Shown here: positions 37,301 through 49,500 of the stretch, piece by piece
Numbering within the stretch: position 1 is the first letter of the stretch
How the letters are laid out: every line of letters begins with the position of its first letter
Source of the DNA: Albugo candida
Lineage: Eukaryota
Length of the DNA: 64,000 nt
Direction: 5' to 3'
Assembly (NCBI GenBank): GCA_040437565.1
Contig: JBDOQK010000057.1
Coordinates: forward strand, 1 to 64,000
Made by a program: the position numbers and the translations under genes
Notes under the pieces: generated by a model
Seen by the model: only the letters and a program-made list of their open reading frames with translations
Told to the model about the DNA's origin: nothing
Database searches by the model: none

Positions 37301-39061
37301 CACACCGATTGTAAACGGATTTGTCTAAAAGATGCGAACTGTGTCGCCAGACTCTACAAGAGCTTACCCACTGATGGGTTCCGACGAGCGCTGTTGTCTT
37401 GGAAAGAATCTTTTAGGGAAAGCTGTGTGACGAATCCCATATCTCATCGGGTTTCAAGCCGCAACCCGGTCGGTATAACCGAATGCAGCTGTGATATTTT
37501 CGAGCGCAAACTGATCCGATGGGAGTGTTGTGTACGTGATATTATGCACATTTGATATCGCCTAGGTTGCTGTTTCAAACACTGGTCATCCAAGCATAAC
37601 GGTATGGGTCCCTGAAGTTCCAAGAAATGGTCGGTCGAGCGTAAAAATAAGAGAAATAAAGTCGATGCGTCAGACTTGTTTGCTTCAAATAGGATTCCCA
37701 GTAGCACTAGCGTCAAGTCGAAGGTACGTTCCAGTTTGTGGTGTTATCCCGGATCCATCTCCTTTCTGACAATTAACAAATCTAGAAGCTCAATATGAGC
37801 TGGATATAAATCATGTCCGACGTCGGTGAATAACAAAGCTAAACGTGAAGAATCGCTTCTGATACGAAAAGGAGACTGTTGTTGATCGGATGGAGTCTCT
37901 GATGAGGACTTGATTGGTAAATCATAGCCACCTAGAGGTCCCTAATTCGACAGATCAACACGGACATCTCGAATGGTGGATAAAGCCTTCAAGCTTTCGC
38001 AAAGAACTTGTACGCTGATGTCAGCGAATAGAGCTTGTGTAACGATATTCACTCAGAACGCGAGCTGAAATGTCACACTTACAATATCTCTTCAAACCAC
38101 TCGATTTTGTAGCTCAGTATCGTGGCATCTGTCTCCTTGACGATAAAAGTCGATGGCTCTGTTCACGACAGCACAAGCGTCAAGGTCGAAAGGAACAAAT
38201 TAACAGTATTGCAGTGATTCAAATCAATAGTGTAGAAACCGATCGATCGTACGTCACAGTGTAACTGTCCAAAGTGCCGAACGGAAATCTGCTTTGCGTA
38301 TCGGAGTCTAAGATGAAGGAATGGGTTACGTCTGTGTGCTATCACCGACGGGATTGGTCGCCTCAACATATTTAGATAGAGGGTACCGGATGTCAGAATT
38401 GTTACTGTGTGCTTGTAGCTCTGTGTCACTGGGACTTTATTCAGGAACGACTGACTCCTCTCAATAAATCGTTCCGATCTGTTTGAGGCTTTTGACGTTC
38501 GGGGCTTCCAACTGACGACAAAGATGCGTTATCACTGCTCCATTATCGTTACTTGGATGATCCGAGATACAAGAAGACTTGAAGAATCCAGAAAGAAGAT
38601 TGAGTATGACATTCCGCGGTGGCGGAGGAATTGCCATTGGTTTCATTCACACAAACGCACTAGGTAGGCTACAACCAATGCCATTGAAAGCGGAGACTGA
38701 AACATCAAATCAAAGGCCTCCTCCCCCACCTTCTCCTGACTATATCGGATCTGATACAGCGGTAGGTTGACATATCCACGATAGAAACGTACAGCCTCGC
38801 TTGATTTATATTGACTAAGGAGACGTGGAGGGATGTCAACTTAGGCATGACAGCTCTCGTGGAAGAATCAGAAGATTCACAAAGTACAATGCTTCAGGCT
38901 ATCCCATACGGCAAGCCTGAGCCTTTAGCACACACTCCAGAGTAAGCTGTCTATAGAATTGTGGACCTTAAAGAATGACGGTTAAGTGAGAACAGGTACA
39001 CTTGCGCTTAACTTCCAAAGTTAATGATGTTCAAATCTGACTTTTCGTTTTTGGAATAGTA

Positions 39062-41460
39062 AATTGCTGCGGAAACACCCTATTTTTGCTACGGACACAC
39101 TCCTAAGAATAGAAATTACAAACACATCCCCTACATTCATACCGCCATGTCCGCTGCTCTCAAGTCCACTTCTAGCTGGTGGCGATAACACCATAAGAAA
39201 AGCTGAACTTATTGTAAGCAAAGTAAAAGTAGCCTAGTAGGAAAGCATTTAAGAGAAGAAAAAATCCATCATGAGTTTCTTGTATCAATTTGCGCTCTTC
39301 CTGATTCTAACTAAGCATAATGCAAAGCGTGCAGTTTACGCAGCATGTTGGCTCGAAACACATGAGCTGATGATGCGCCTCCACCAATAGCCCTCCCTTG
39401 TGCAGCTTCACAAAAGTATTAGGATGTAAAAATGCCAGCGGAATTACCATTTACTTGCTTTGTGCTGCTGCTTCAGGCGTGTAGGTACGCAAAAATGACA
39501 CCATTGTCTGACCATTTAGCCTCATGTTCAATGGTTCTGTAGCTTCGCGTAGGTCCCAATTCTCCTTGACAACATCGTCCTATTAGGTATGAAAAAAACA
39601 CAGGAAATTATCACAAAATATGAAATTGTTATCCTTGATTCAGTTACCGCCTTTGACAACTAAACTCCTTTAATTAAATTGATTCACCTCTGAATCCAAG
39701 TCCCTGTTCTCCTCCTCAATAATTTTGTCATTAGCTATACACCTCATGAAGCTCAGAGTGTGTGTCCTCCCAACTATCTATATCTCTTTGCACAGAACTC
39801 TGCGGACTCCCTTTCACCAAGATCAAAATGAGTGCAGGTCATCTTGGTCATGAAATCGTTGTCCTGCTCTAGTCTTGGCTTGCTTGTAGATTATGCTTGC
39901 AAGGCAAGTCGAATGTGACAGGTTTCGCACAAAGGCAAAGTTCGGGTATTGATTTCCCTGCTTTGTTGAATGCATTGAATGCCTCCAACTGGGTGAACAT
40001 TTGGTAAAATGGATTAAAGGCACAGATGTGAGACTTTATCATTTTATAACCCATTGAAAAAAAAAGTATCATACCTTCCTGATGGCGAAGCTGGACAACA
40101 CACGCCCAAGAATCTCAAGAAGGGTATCCTGTTATTTATTTTGTTTTAGCTGATCTGCTGCCTCAGAAGCTTGTATTGCATCAGTCTGGTGCTGAATAGT
40201 AATGTTATGTTGACCTACCACCTGTTGAACAATGCATTTTCTCTGTTAGTTACTAGGAAGGCAGGTAGTTTTCCTGATGGCAACGTAATATTTTTGATTG
40301 ATTCAGCGCCCATATGTAGTTCCCAACCTTTTTTTCAGAGACAAAGACCATGGCAGCAAAATAGAAATGGTTCAGTGGGGCATTCCAACAATATGAAGAA
40401 GTGGCATACCATACCGGTTCGTTTTATAGGTGCAGTAAATCACAAACACAGGATGGTGTTCATCAACCAGATACTTTAATGCAACGTGACTGACATAGAG
40501 AGGGCTTACATAACCTGCTTAGTCTCTTTAGAGCTGTGGTCCCATTTCTCCCCAGAACTGAGCTCATCCATCAAGGCATTTAGAGATGTGCGGCTTGCAA
40601 GGTAATGATTTCGAAAAGACGCTTTTTGGTTTCTGATCCTCTTTTTTATGACAGCAACTCGAGGGCCCCCAGCCGTCATCTGCCTCAAAACCGCTGCAAT
40701 ATTTCTTGGAGGGTAGTTGCCCATAGGCACGACAGCAATTTGTTTCAAATGCAGCTATGAAACTTCTCTGGCATCTGGATGGCCACTGAGGCCAACAACA
40801 ATCTCATGATTGTGCTCCGCACGAGCGTCATCAAGCAACCAAATTCCTTGTTTTAGCCGACTAACCCAGCGAAAGCAGCAACCATGTTGACGGCTGGAAG
40901 ATACTCGCTGGCGGGTATCTTCTGTTAGTCTCTAATTATTTCTGTAAAAGACACCCAGGTCGCATTAGTAATAAGTAGCAGTGGCTTTTGAACGGGCTAT
41001 GGTTATAACGAAACCATTGGATAGTGCATGTCATTTTAATGACTCATCAATAGCGATTCGAGAAGTAAAGGATGTGTTCTCTACAAATCTAGAGGCGCAG
41101 TATTTGCAAGTAAAATATCGGAACTGGATGCGTGAAGAGCAGCAGGAGCGAGAGCGGTGGACAGGGTGGGCGGAGTGATCAGAGTGGCCTGGGAAGTAGA
41201 CTTGGGAGAGGGCTGGGTAGTAAATAGGAGATTGGAGGTGCTAGCAGCTGAGAACATGGCACCAGTGGTGGTGGACAGAGTGGTGCACAGAGTGTTGGGA
41301 AACTGGAGGTTTGACAGGACAGATAGACTCCTTAGTTAACATGATTGACGGTACGAAAGTACGGGGTATGTTTGTAATTTCTATTTTTAGGGGTCTGTCC
41401 GTAGCAAAAAAAGATTGTGTCCGCAGCAATTCCGTTTTCATAACCACCCTCCCCCCTCCC
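39062..41460 (-). mobile_element. Degenerate MULE (FAR1-type) DNA transposon with TIRs
   Basis: Imperfect ~83-bp inverted repeats at 39062-39144 and 41349-41431 (AATTGCTGCGG..TTTTTGCTACGGACA..AATAGAAATTACAAAC). Minus-strand remnants: FAR1-type DNA-binding domain (GFVITIARSK..CDLG..SSRQHGCCF..W..EHNHE), MULE core (VFVIYCTYKTNRYGMPLLHIVG, VTNRENAL) and SWIM finger (CLC..TFDLPCKH). Confidence 0.92.
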
Positions 41461-42939
41461 ATAATTTGATAACAGTCAAGACTTTGTGATGTTCGGTCTA
41501 CTTATGTGTTGAGCTTGGCGTTCTAGGTTTGTTAAAGGGAGATGCGTTATAAAGATTTCCGATCGACGTATGATTTATATAATAAAATGCTATGACAGCT
41601 GAATCTATCGTTGATCCTTCGTAATTCTTTTCTTCTTGCTTACTTTTTGTTTCTTTTCTTGCGGATTCGAGCACTTCAGGTGACACTCGACAACTTGTAG
41701 TTCTGCTGAGCAATCTCCCCGAGGAGCTGGGCACATCAGATACGGGAGAAGAAAAGTCATTGAGTCTCTCAATTCCTGCTGGAGCATGCAATACTAGTGA
41801 AACTTGAATTTCACCGCCTTACCTATATTACTAAGTGTGAATGATGTGATCTTCTCGTAAGGATTTCTATCGTTAGCTTCCTCACATGTAAGACCGTCTG
41901 GAGAAGAATGAAGCAACTTTTGGCGGGTTGAGAAAGCACCGCAGGAAGGAACAGGCAGACTCGCCAAGCGACGATGACTGGTTCTCTAAGTGCAATATTT
42001 ATGATATTTGCTTCGATCTCAAAAAGCGTTTGTGCGCGGAAGGTCGATGCATTATCATATTCGACATCGATCCACAAATTTACTGAGCCTCGGAATCTGC
42101 ATTTCATATATAACAGATGCATTTTTGATAGCTACAGCGTAGCTGGCAACGAATGGAAACGCTTCTCCTATGCTCAGACACTGACATCCTCTGCCAGTGG
42201 CTCGCGCCGATAGCGCTTCTGTTGCTGTAAAATCTGCGTATAGTGTTGGTAAAAAAACTATCAAAAGTTATGATCTATAGATAAGATCAAACATTGTGAT
42301 TTTCCTCATTATGATTTACACACCTTTGATGATCATATGCATGCTGAAATGAAACGCGATTGATTATTTTCGGACGATGTACAATCTTGTCATCAATTCC
42401 TGGAAGTTGATGTGACTTGAGTTCAAGGTTAGGCGCATCAAATCTATTGATGCTTGTCGCTCTTGACAGGACTTGTTTATCCACAACAAGACGTATTTGT
42501 TGCTCACAAAACAATTTCCTTTATCCATACATTCAGATCCTGCTGCCCCTACTCGAATCTATCGGAGCTTCATCCATACAGTTCGAGACGTTCCTTGCAT
42601 GCGATCAAGCACCATAAGAGGCAATTTTTGATGTCAAAGTAATGTCGACATCAGTGATTGTCTTATAAGTTCCACCAATTTCATAGCTTCTTCTTTTCAA
42701 CCAGTCCTTTGTGCAAGACAATTGTATAAAAAAATCGTTTCAACTAGTGCGTTTACAATCATGCTTCATAGATTCAAAGTAGGAGAAAGAAAGAGCTGAG
42801 CTGATCAGGAGTTCCATCCTAGACCTCTAGATTACTTCGTGGGATCATCTGGTCTATTATGGGGCCATCAAAACGTAAGTTTGGTTGAAGATGTCCCTCA
42901 TTCTTGCGAGTACAGAGTCATATATGGCCATACGGATGG

Positions 42940-43580
42940 AGTGAGTTTGCTGAGAGATTGCTGAGAGTTTCAAGTGTGTTCAGTCTTTCAGAGGGGCATA
43001 CGAAAAACAAGCTAAACCAGAGAGACTTTGAAGAGAGTATGTTGAGAGTTCATAATGTGCTTCGTGTTTCAAAAGAGCATACAAAAACCAAGACAAACGA
43101 AAGAGCGTTTGCTGGGAGTTGTCGGCAAGCTCGGAGTGTGTTGAGTGTTTTAGGAGAGCATACAAAGAGTATCATCCAAAGAGGGTTTGGAGAGGCTTTC
43201 CTAAGAGATTGCTATTATTTCCGAATGTGTTCAGTCTTCAATGTAAGCATACAAAAAACGAGCTACACGAGAGAGACATGGGAGAGCGCTTGTTGAGAGC
43301 TTGAATGTGCTCAGTGTTTCAGAAGAGCATTCATAATGCAGGACTACCAAAGAGAGTTTGCTGAGAGCTCGGAGTGTATTCAGTTTTTGACGAGAGAGAA
43401 GAAAAGCAAGACATATCAAAGAAAATATAAAGAGACTTTGCTAAGAGATTTTGAGAGATTGAAGTGTTTCAAGTGTTGTTTCAGGGGATGTACTGAAAGA
43501 AAGACAAACCAGGAAAAATTTCGAGAGGCTTTCTGGAGAGATTCTTTACAGGTTGAACTGTTATTAGTGTTCCAGGAGTG
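42940..43580 (+). repeat. Degenerate ~80-bp tandem array (about 8 units)
   Basis: The unit GAGAG.TTTGCTGAGAG...GTGTGTTCAGTGTTTCA..GAGCATACAAAAA.CAAG recurs at about 42940, 43021, 43101, 43181, 43271, 43351, 43431 and 43511. Confidence 0.85.
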
Positions 43581-44309
43581 ATAGAGCTTGTGTCGAAGTA
43601 AGAAATAAGAGAAGTGATATCAAGGTCTCTCGTTTACTATTAGCTACTCTAAGCATTATTCCAACTACTCTTAAAGTCATTTCGTCAGCATTACTCTTAT
43701 TAGTAACATGACCCACATTTGTAACCTTGTGAGACATCAGCTAGAACTCTCAGAATGTTCTCGGAGAATTAGCCCAATGTAGTGCCCCTACTTAGAATCA
43801 GGATAGTTTTATGCGACACAAGTGATATCTTGATAGAAGATGCGATGACTGCAAACATATTATTCAGTGTGTTTCAAGCTTTGTTTGAATGACTTATACA
43901 TGAAAAAATGTCATTGGAGATAGATGTTTTTAATTACATTTTATTTTTTATTGCATGAAAGTTGTGTGGACTACACATCACCAACAACCGACTTCAGTGA
44001 CAGGTAGATTTTTCTTTGAAGACGACGCAAATCGCGCTGTACGAGGACCCCCAGCCACAGTTAGAAGTGGGGCTGATTTGTTCATTTATCCACTCGAAGA
44101 GAAGCAGAAGACTTCTGAAGCAGCGAAAATGGATACTTTGCAGGGAAGTTGGACTCCCGAACGATGACGTTCTCAGGGATCTCGTGTTCTGGAATTTCGG
44201 TTACATACTGCCTGCTAGTAGTTGTAATGAGCAGAATTATCTGAACACAGATTAGCAGCTCCTTTTGTATGCTATTTTGTAACCATGTTACCTTCTTTAT
44301 TCGCATTAC

Positions 44310-45030
44310 TGGTAGAAAAGTGATATCGTTGTAGCAGATGCGAATTTAACAAAAACTAGCTTTCAAGTGTCTGAATTTGAAGCTTTTCGGAGAAAGCCTT
44401 GTTTGTCAAAGAATTTTATAGTGTAGAAAACTTCATTTTACTACTACCTTAATCGACTTGGATTATCCGACACCGTTTTTGCTTCTCAATTTCATTATTT
44501 TTTGAAAGCATGTTACCTATTTCATGACTGTTACCCGAAGAAAGGAATATCTTTGTAGTTGTGAAAAGCGTTTTCAAGAAAGACTTCGTGATGAGGACGC
44601 TATTATTTGGAATATTTGATACTACTACCAGTTGTATGGAATTGGACTTTCGGAACACCGTTCCGGCATCTCACTTTCTACAATCATTTGGAATCATGTT
44701 ACCTACTTCACAGCAGTCAAAGCGATAACTTTGTAGTGGATGCGAAGTCAGGAAAATGAACGTTAATTGAAGTAGTTCGAAGCTTTTGCGAGAATGTTTT
44801 GTACCATATGGGAAACATGAATCAACTCACAATTGTATAGATTTGGATTGTCTCATCACCGTTCCGGTATCCCATATTCCGATTTGAAGGCCTCACTTCT
44901 AAAAAAAGTGATATCTGTGCAGTAGATGCGAAGTCAGAAAACTGATGCTAGTTGTGGTAGTTCGAGGCCTCTTTGAGAAAGACTGGCTCGTAGAAGAGTG
45001 CTATCATGTGGCCATCATGCTACTACTAAG
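44310..45030 (+). repeat. Degenerate ~190-200-bp tandem array (about 4 units)
   Basis: Recurring motifs GTAG.(A/G)GATGCGAA, GAAGCTTTT..GAGAA, TACTACTAC and TTGGA.T..CACCGTTCCGG at about 44330, 44555, 44733 and 44920. Confidence 0.7.
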
Positions 45031-45179
45031 TCAAGTGAAATTGTGACGTTAAGTGGAATTCTATAAGATGTATCTCCTGAGTTTTCTCTCGGATGCGAAA
45101 AAAAAAATCTATGGTCCGATATAAATTGTGATGGAACGACTTTCATAGCTGATGGATAGATGGTGAATCATGATATGTC

Positions 45180-45400
45180 CTTCTAAGCGGATAAAATAGC
45201 ATTTGGCTGTTGGTATTTGAGTTCTCACATCGATGGCGCTTGATTATCGTATTGATTCACATCGGTTTGAGTACAAATGTTAGAGATGGCAATATCAGAT
45301 GATTGGAGTCGATAATTAATGCAACCTTATACGTTTGTCATGGACTAGTGAGAGATCTTGATTATGAAGACGGTCGAAACAGGTCACGTTAAATAAATCC
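45180..45400 (+). mobile_element. Possible MuDR transposase core remnant between inverted repeat arrays
   Basis: With frameshifts it reads IAFGCW..HRWRLII-IDSHRFEYKC*..QMIGVDN*CNLIRLSW. This resembles the MuDR pattern AFGxC..CRPxIxIDGTHLxGKY..AxGVDxNNQLxPLAW. Confidence 0.35.
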
Positions 45401-45558
45401 ATCCAATCTTGCCATATCAGTAGCATGGACACCTTCTATTATCACAGCTCTCCACGGTNNNNNNNNNNNNNNNNNNNNNNNNNNNNNNNNNNNNNNNNNN
45501 NNNNNNNNNNNNNNNNNNNNNNNNNNNNNNNNNNNNNNNNNNNNNNNNNNNNNNNNNN

Positions 45559-46551
45559 ACACTGCTAATCTAGTTTGTGGAATGCGCATCCTCTATAAAT
45601 ATCACATGCTGCTCCATGTCACTCTCATGGAACAGATTAGATTGGTTCAAAAGATTGGGTAAAGCGAGATGCCGCAAGGTTGTTGAGATAAAACATAATT
45701 ATTCTTTTTCCGAAACTCTGGAGCTTGCTCTCTGCAGCCATTATTTCACAAAGATGTTCTTTTCAAAAAAGTTTACTTCTACTAGAAATAACTTTCCGTT
45801 TCGTCACGTCGCATCTGCTAGAAAAAAGGTATTCGTTTACAAGTGAATGTATTAAGTAGTATACATGATGTCAAAAACTTGCGAAAGAAAGATATTCGAA
45901 GGTGCCGAATACTCGAAACCCATCAAAGTGGTAGTAGTAACTAATTTTTGTTCATACTTTGTCATTCGTTCAAGGAGGCTTTCTCACAAAAACTCCGATT
46001 TCCTACACTGCTAATCTAGTTTGTGGAATGCGCATCCTCTATAAATATCACATGCTGCTCCATGTCACTCTCATGGAACAGATTAGATTGGTTCAAAAGA
46101 TTGGGTAAAGCGAGATGCCGCAAGGTTGTTGAGATAAAACATAATTATTCTTTTTCCGAAACTCTGGAGCTTGCTCTCTGCAGCCATTATTTCACAAAGA
46201 TGTTCTTTTCAAAAAAGTTTACTTCTACTAGAAATAACTTTCCGTTTCGTCACGTCGCATCTGCAAGAAAAAAGGTATTCGTTTACAAGTGAATGTATTA
46301 AGTAGTATACATGATGTCAAAAAATTGCGAAAGAAAGATATTCGAAGGTGCCGAATAATCAAAACCCATCAAAGTGGTAGTACTAACTAATCTTTTGTTC
46401 ACTGCTAATCTAGTTTGTGGAATGCGCATCCTCTATAAATATCACATGCTGCTCCATGTCACTCCCATGGAGCAGATTAGATTGGTTCAAAAGATTGGGT
46501 AAAGCGAGATGCCGAAGGGTTTCTGACATAAAACATATTTATTCAACTCAC
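45559..46551 (+). repeat. Near-identical 446-bp tandem repeat (about 2.2 copies) between two N gaps
   Basis: Units start at 45559, 46005 and ~46400. The second unit lacks about 50 bp. Gaps are at 45459-45558 and 46552-46651. Confidence 0.95.
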
Positions 46552-49500
46552 NNNNNNNNNNNNNNNNNNNNNNNNNNNNNNNNNNNNNNNNNNNNNNNNN
46601 NNNNNNNNNNNNNNNNNNNNNNNNNNNNNNNNNNNNNNNNNNNNNNNNNNNTAATCAGGAAGTGGCACTTCTTCAGTCGACAAAAGAATTCCGTTATCTG
46701 CTGTTCATATATTTATTTCACATCTCGATCGTTAGATCTACTAGGATTTCCGGCTCAAAAGCTGAAGTATGTCCTCTGGAAAGGCATTAACCTACCAAGT
46801 TTTCAATGCTCTTAAGATTTTAGTAGTTAGATCACTCTTCCGCACGTTGCACAAGCGCACTTGAGTCTAATGATCATTCGAGCCGGATACGTAATGATAC
46901 ACCGAACAAAGAAGCTTTTTGCCTAGACTCCAGACACAGTTTGAAACTCAAGACCAGTATACACGCGAGTTTGTCTCTGATACGGGCCTCGACCTGAAGC
47001 AGGAAAATATTAACCCGGTGGTATTCAGAGAGACAATCGGACTCGTGCAATAGCGCTTCTTCGCCTTCTTGGGAAACCATTACAGTGATAGCCTTACCAT
47101 CATTCGGAAAACGCGTTCAGATGAGCTTGCAACAGACATTTTCGATGGATGTCGCCTAATATGTACTTGATCCTTGCTAATGCCAATGATAATGAGCAAA
47201 TCATCATCCACGAAAAGCAAGCGTGCAAACGTTGCTCGAATTGCATGTACTATCTCAGATGCTGCTGCTTGATATCACCATGCTTAAACGCTACCTATCG
47301 AGTAGACTCAAAGACTTCGTCCTTTGATCCAGGATTCCACACACAAAATTGCAGATTCAACCTTCACCTTTTCAAATGCGAGGTCAGCAAACACTCCTTA
47401 ATATGGCAACTCTTTCACAAAAACAATTCAACAATTGTCTTACCAGCTCTTCAACTAGGTCCCTACTGACAAGAAATCTCTTTCCACTTCATCAAACTAT
47501 CAGATATTGTGAATCAAGCTATTAATATTCCAGAGACTTAATTGAGTTTTTCCACTTGGATAAAGGAAGGTAAGCTCGACTACCTCTAGCGCTACTTCGA
47601 TTACCAACCACGCTGTGAGGTTTGGAACCGAAAGTCGAATTGAACGAGCATCACGAGAGCTAATTTAGGGCCATAAACCTGATGCAAAGGTTTGATCAAA
47701 TTTTACTTAAGCCCTGCCTCTGGAATACGTTTCTTCAATGCTGTTCTCTCATCCTTTACTTTGGCTCGACGCTGTGGAAATTTGAGTAGAAAGTCGCTCG
47801 ATTTTATACCTACAATCACGAAAGAACACACCACTGTCCTCTGATTTATGCAAACGGAGCCAGCATAATTTGATTTGAATGTGTAGAGATGATGTTGATG
47901 CACCAGGAAGGTCTCGTTTTATATTAAAGCCTCTATGGATTCTTTCATCTGCGAACGCATTTTCATTTCCTATTAACTAGTGTGACTACACTCAAAACTT
48001 CTTTTGCTACAACTTTCAGTACGTGACTTTCTAGCTGCGTGCGCTTGAACGAGATCCTATCATATAATTCATCGATTTGTATCGAAGTGTAGCTATAATT
48101 TGATCCGAGAAATTAATGAATTGCATCACGCGTCGAATCTGACCCTCACTCGGGCCGGGACTCTCTATGAATTGATTACAATCGGCTCAAGGTGCTTTGA
48201 ATCCGTAGCTAAATTAGTTAAATCTTGGTCGTTGTCGTCTATTTCTAAAGGGATTTGCTCAGGCTCACAATGGTACTTTAGGCATCATTTATCAACACTG
48301 ATGATAATGCGGCCGAGTAGCTGCAAGCATACCATCAACTGGATTACCTCATTTACAGCTCAGGTAGCAAGAGAATTAGGAGATAACGTGAAAAATATGT
48401 CAAATTTCACTTCTGTACAGATCGACGATGCATTACGTGGGAGTTAAATGAACACACCGGGGCGCTTACCAAGGCGCTTACCAAGAAACCGTTGGGAGCT
48501 ACGCGTTCGCATACTACAATATTTGAGTCTTGAGGAGACAGCAGAGCCGCTCATAAGCCAAGCGAGGAAGAATGATAGAGCTGCATCCGAGAATGATGCG
48601 ATCGATCTATTTTTCCCTGTAAGAGATTTTCAGTGCGCCTTCCTAGTTCTTCTCAGTCATAAACGTATTGCGAGTCGAAATTCAACTTCAGTGCTCTAAC
48701 CACCTGCAGCCGTGTTCCAGTTCATATCTTTTCTCTCGGTGATGCGAGTTAAACCTTTTTTTGTGCTTCTCCACTTCTACTAGCCTCATGCATGGGGTTG
48801 AACATGTTCATTGCCGTTAGTTCGCTAATGTCATCGTTCCATCGACACAACAATTTACAGCTTCCTAGAGTTCGATAGGCTCAATTCATCGAGGTGTGAT
48901 TGCTTTTCGCACTTCGGAACGTATTTGATTCAAATTCATTTCTCAAGCTACCTTCAAAACTTTATAATTCTGTATCTTCTTGCATTTGATAACTTTCTCG
49001 CCTTTGTCACGCAGACTTATGGTTTTCATTGCGAAATTTGTTATGTATTCAATCATTTCATCGGCATGCTAGCGTATCTCATTGCCCTATAAAAACTGTT
49101 CACCGATTGCTATACGCTGAAGTCTCAAAAATCTGTTGCATGCGTTAGCGTGCGGTTGTGTACGTCTTTAATATGGCATCCAGAGCCAGCGCGTGAGGAT
49201 ATCTGGACTTGGAGTTTTTTTAATCATGTTCGGTGCGAAGCGAGTTCAAAACCGAGCCAGTCCTGATTGCTTATTTACAAAGATTAAAATGTGAAGATTG
49301 AATACAAATACTTCAAAAAAAATGCTCCCTCGCACTGCCTGGTCCACTTTCCACTCGACATAAGGTACATACTGAACTGCTCTTCATCCGTCGAGGACAC
49401 ACGATGCTTCAGAGACAGCAGATATATCGCTCATTGCTTTTGTGTGATGTTTCCGAGAACGCACAACGCACAACGCACAACGCACATGAGACTTTACCTG

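Noticed and set aside
45577..46551. Three repeated MECASS.. ORFs
   Set aside because: By-products of the 446-bp tandem repeat, with non-ATG starts and no domain similarity.
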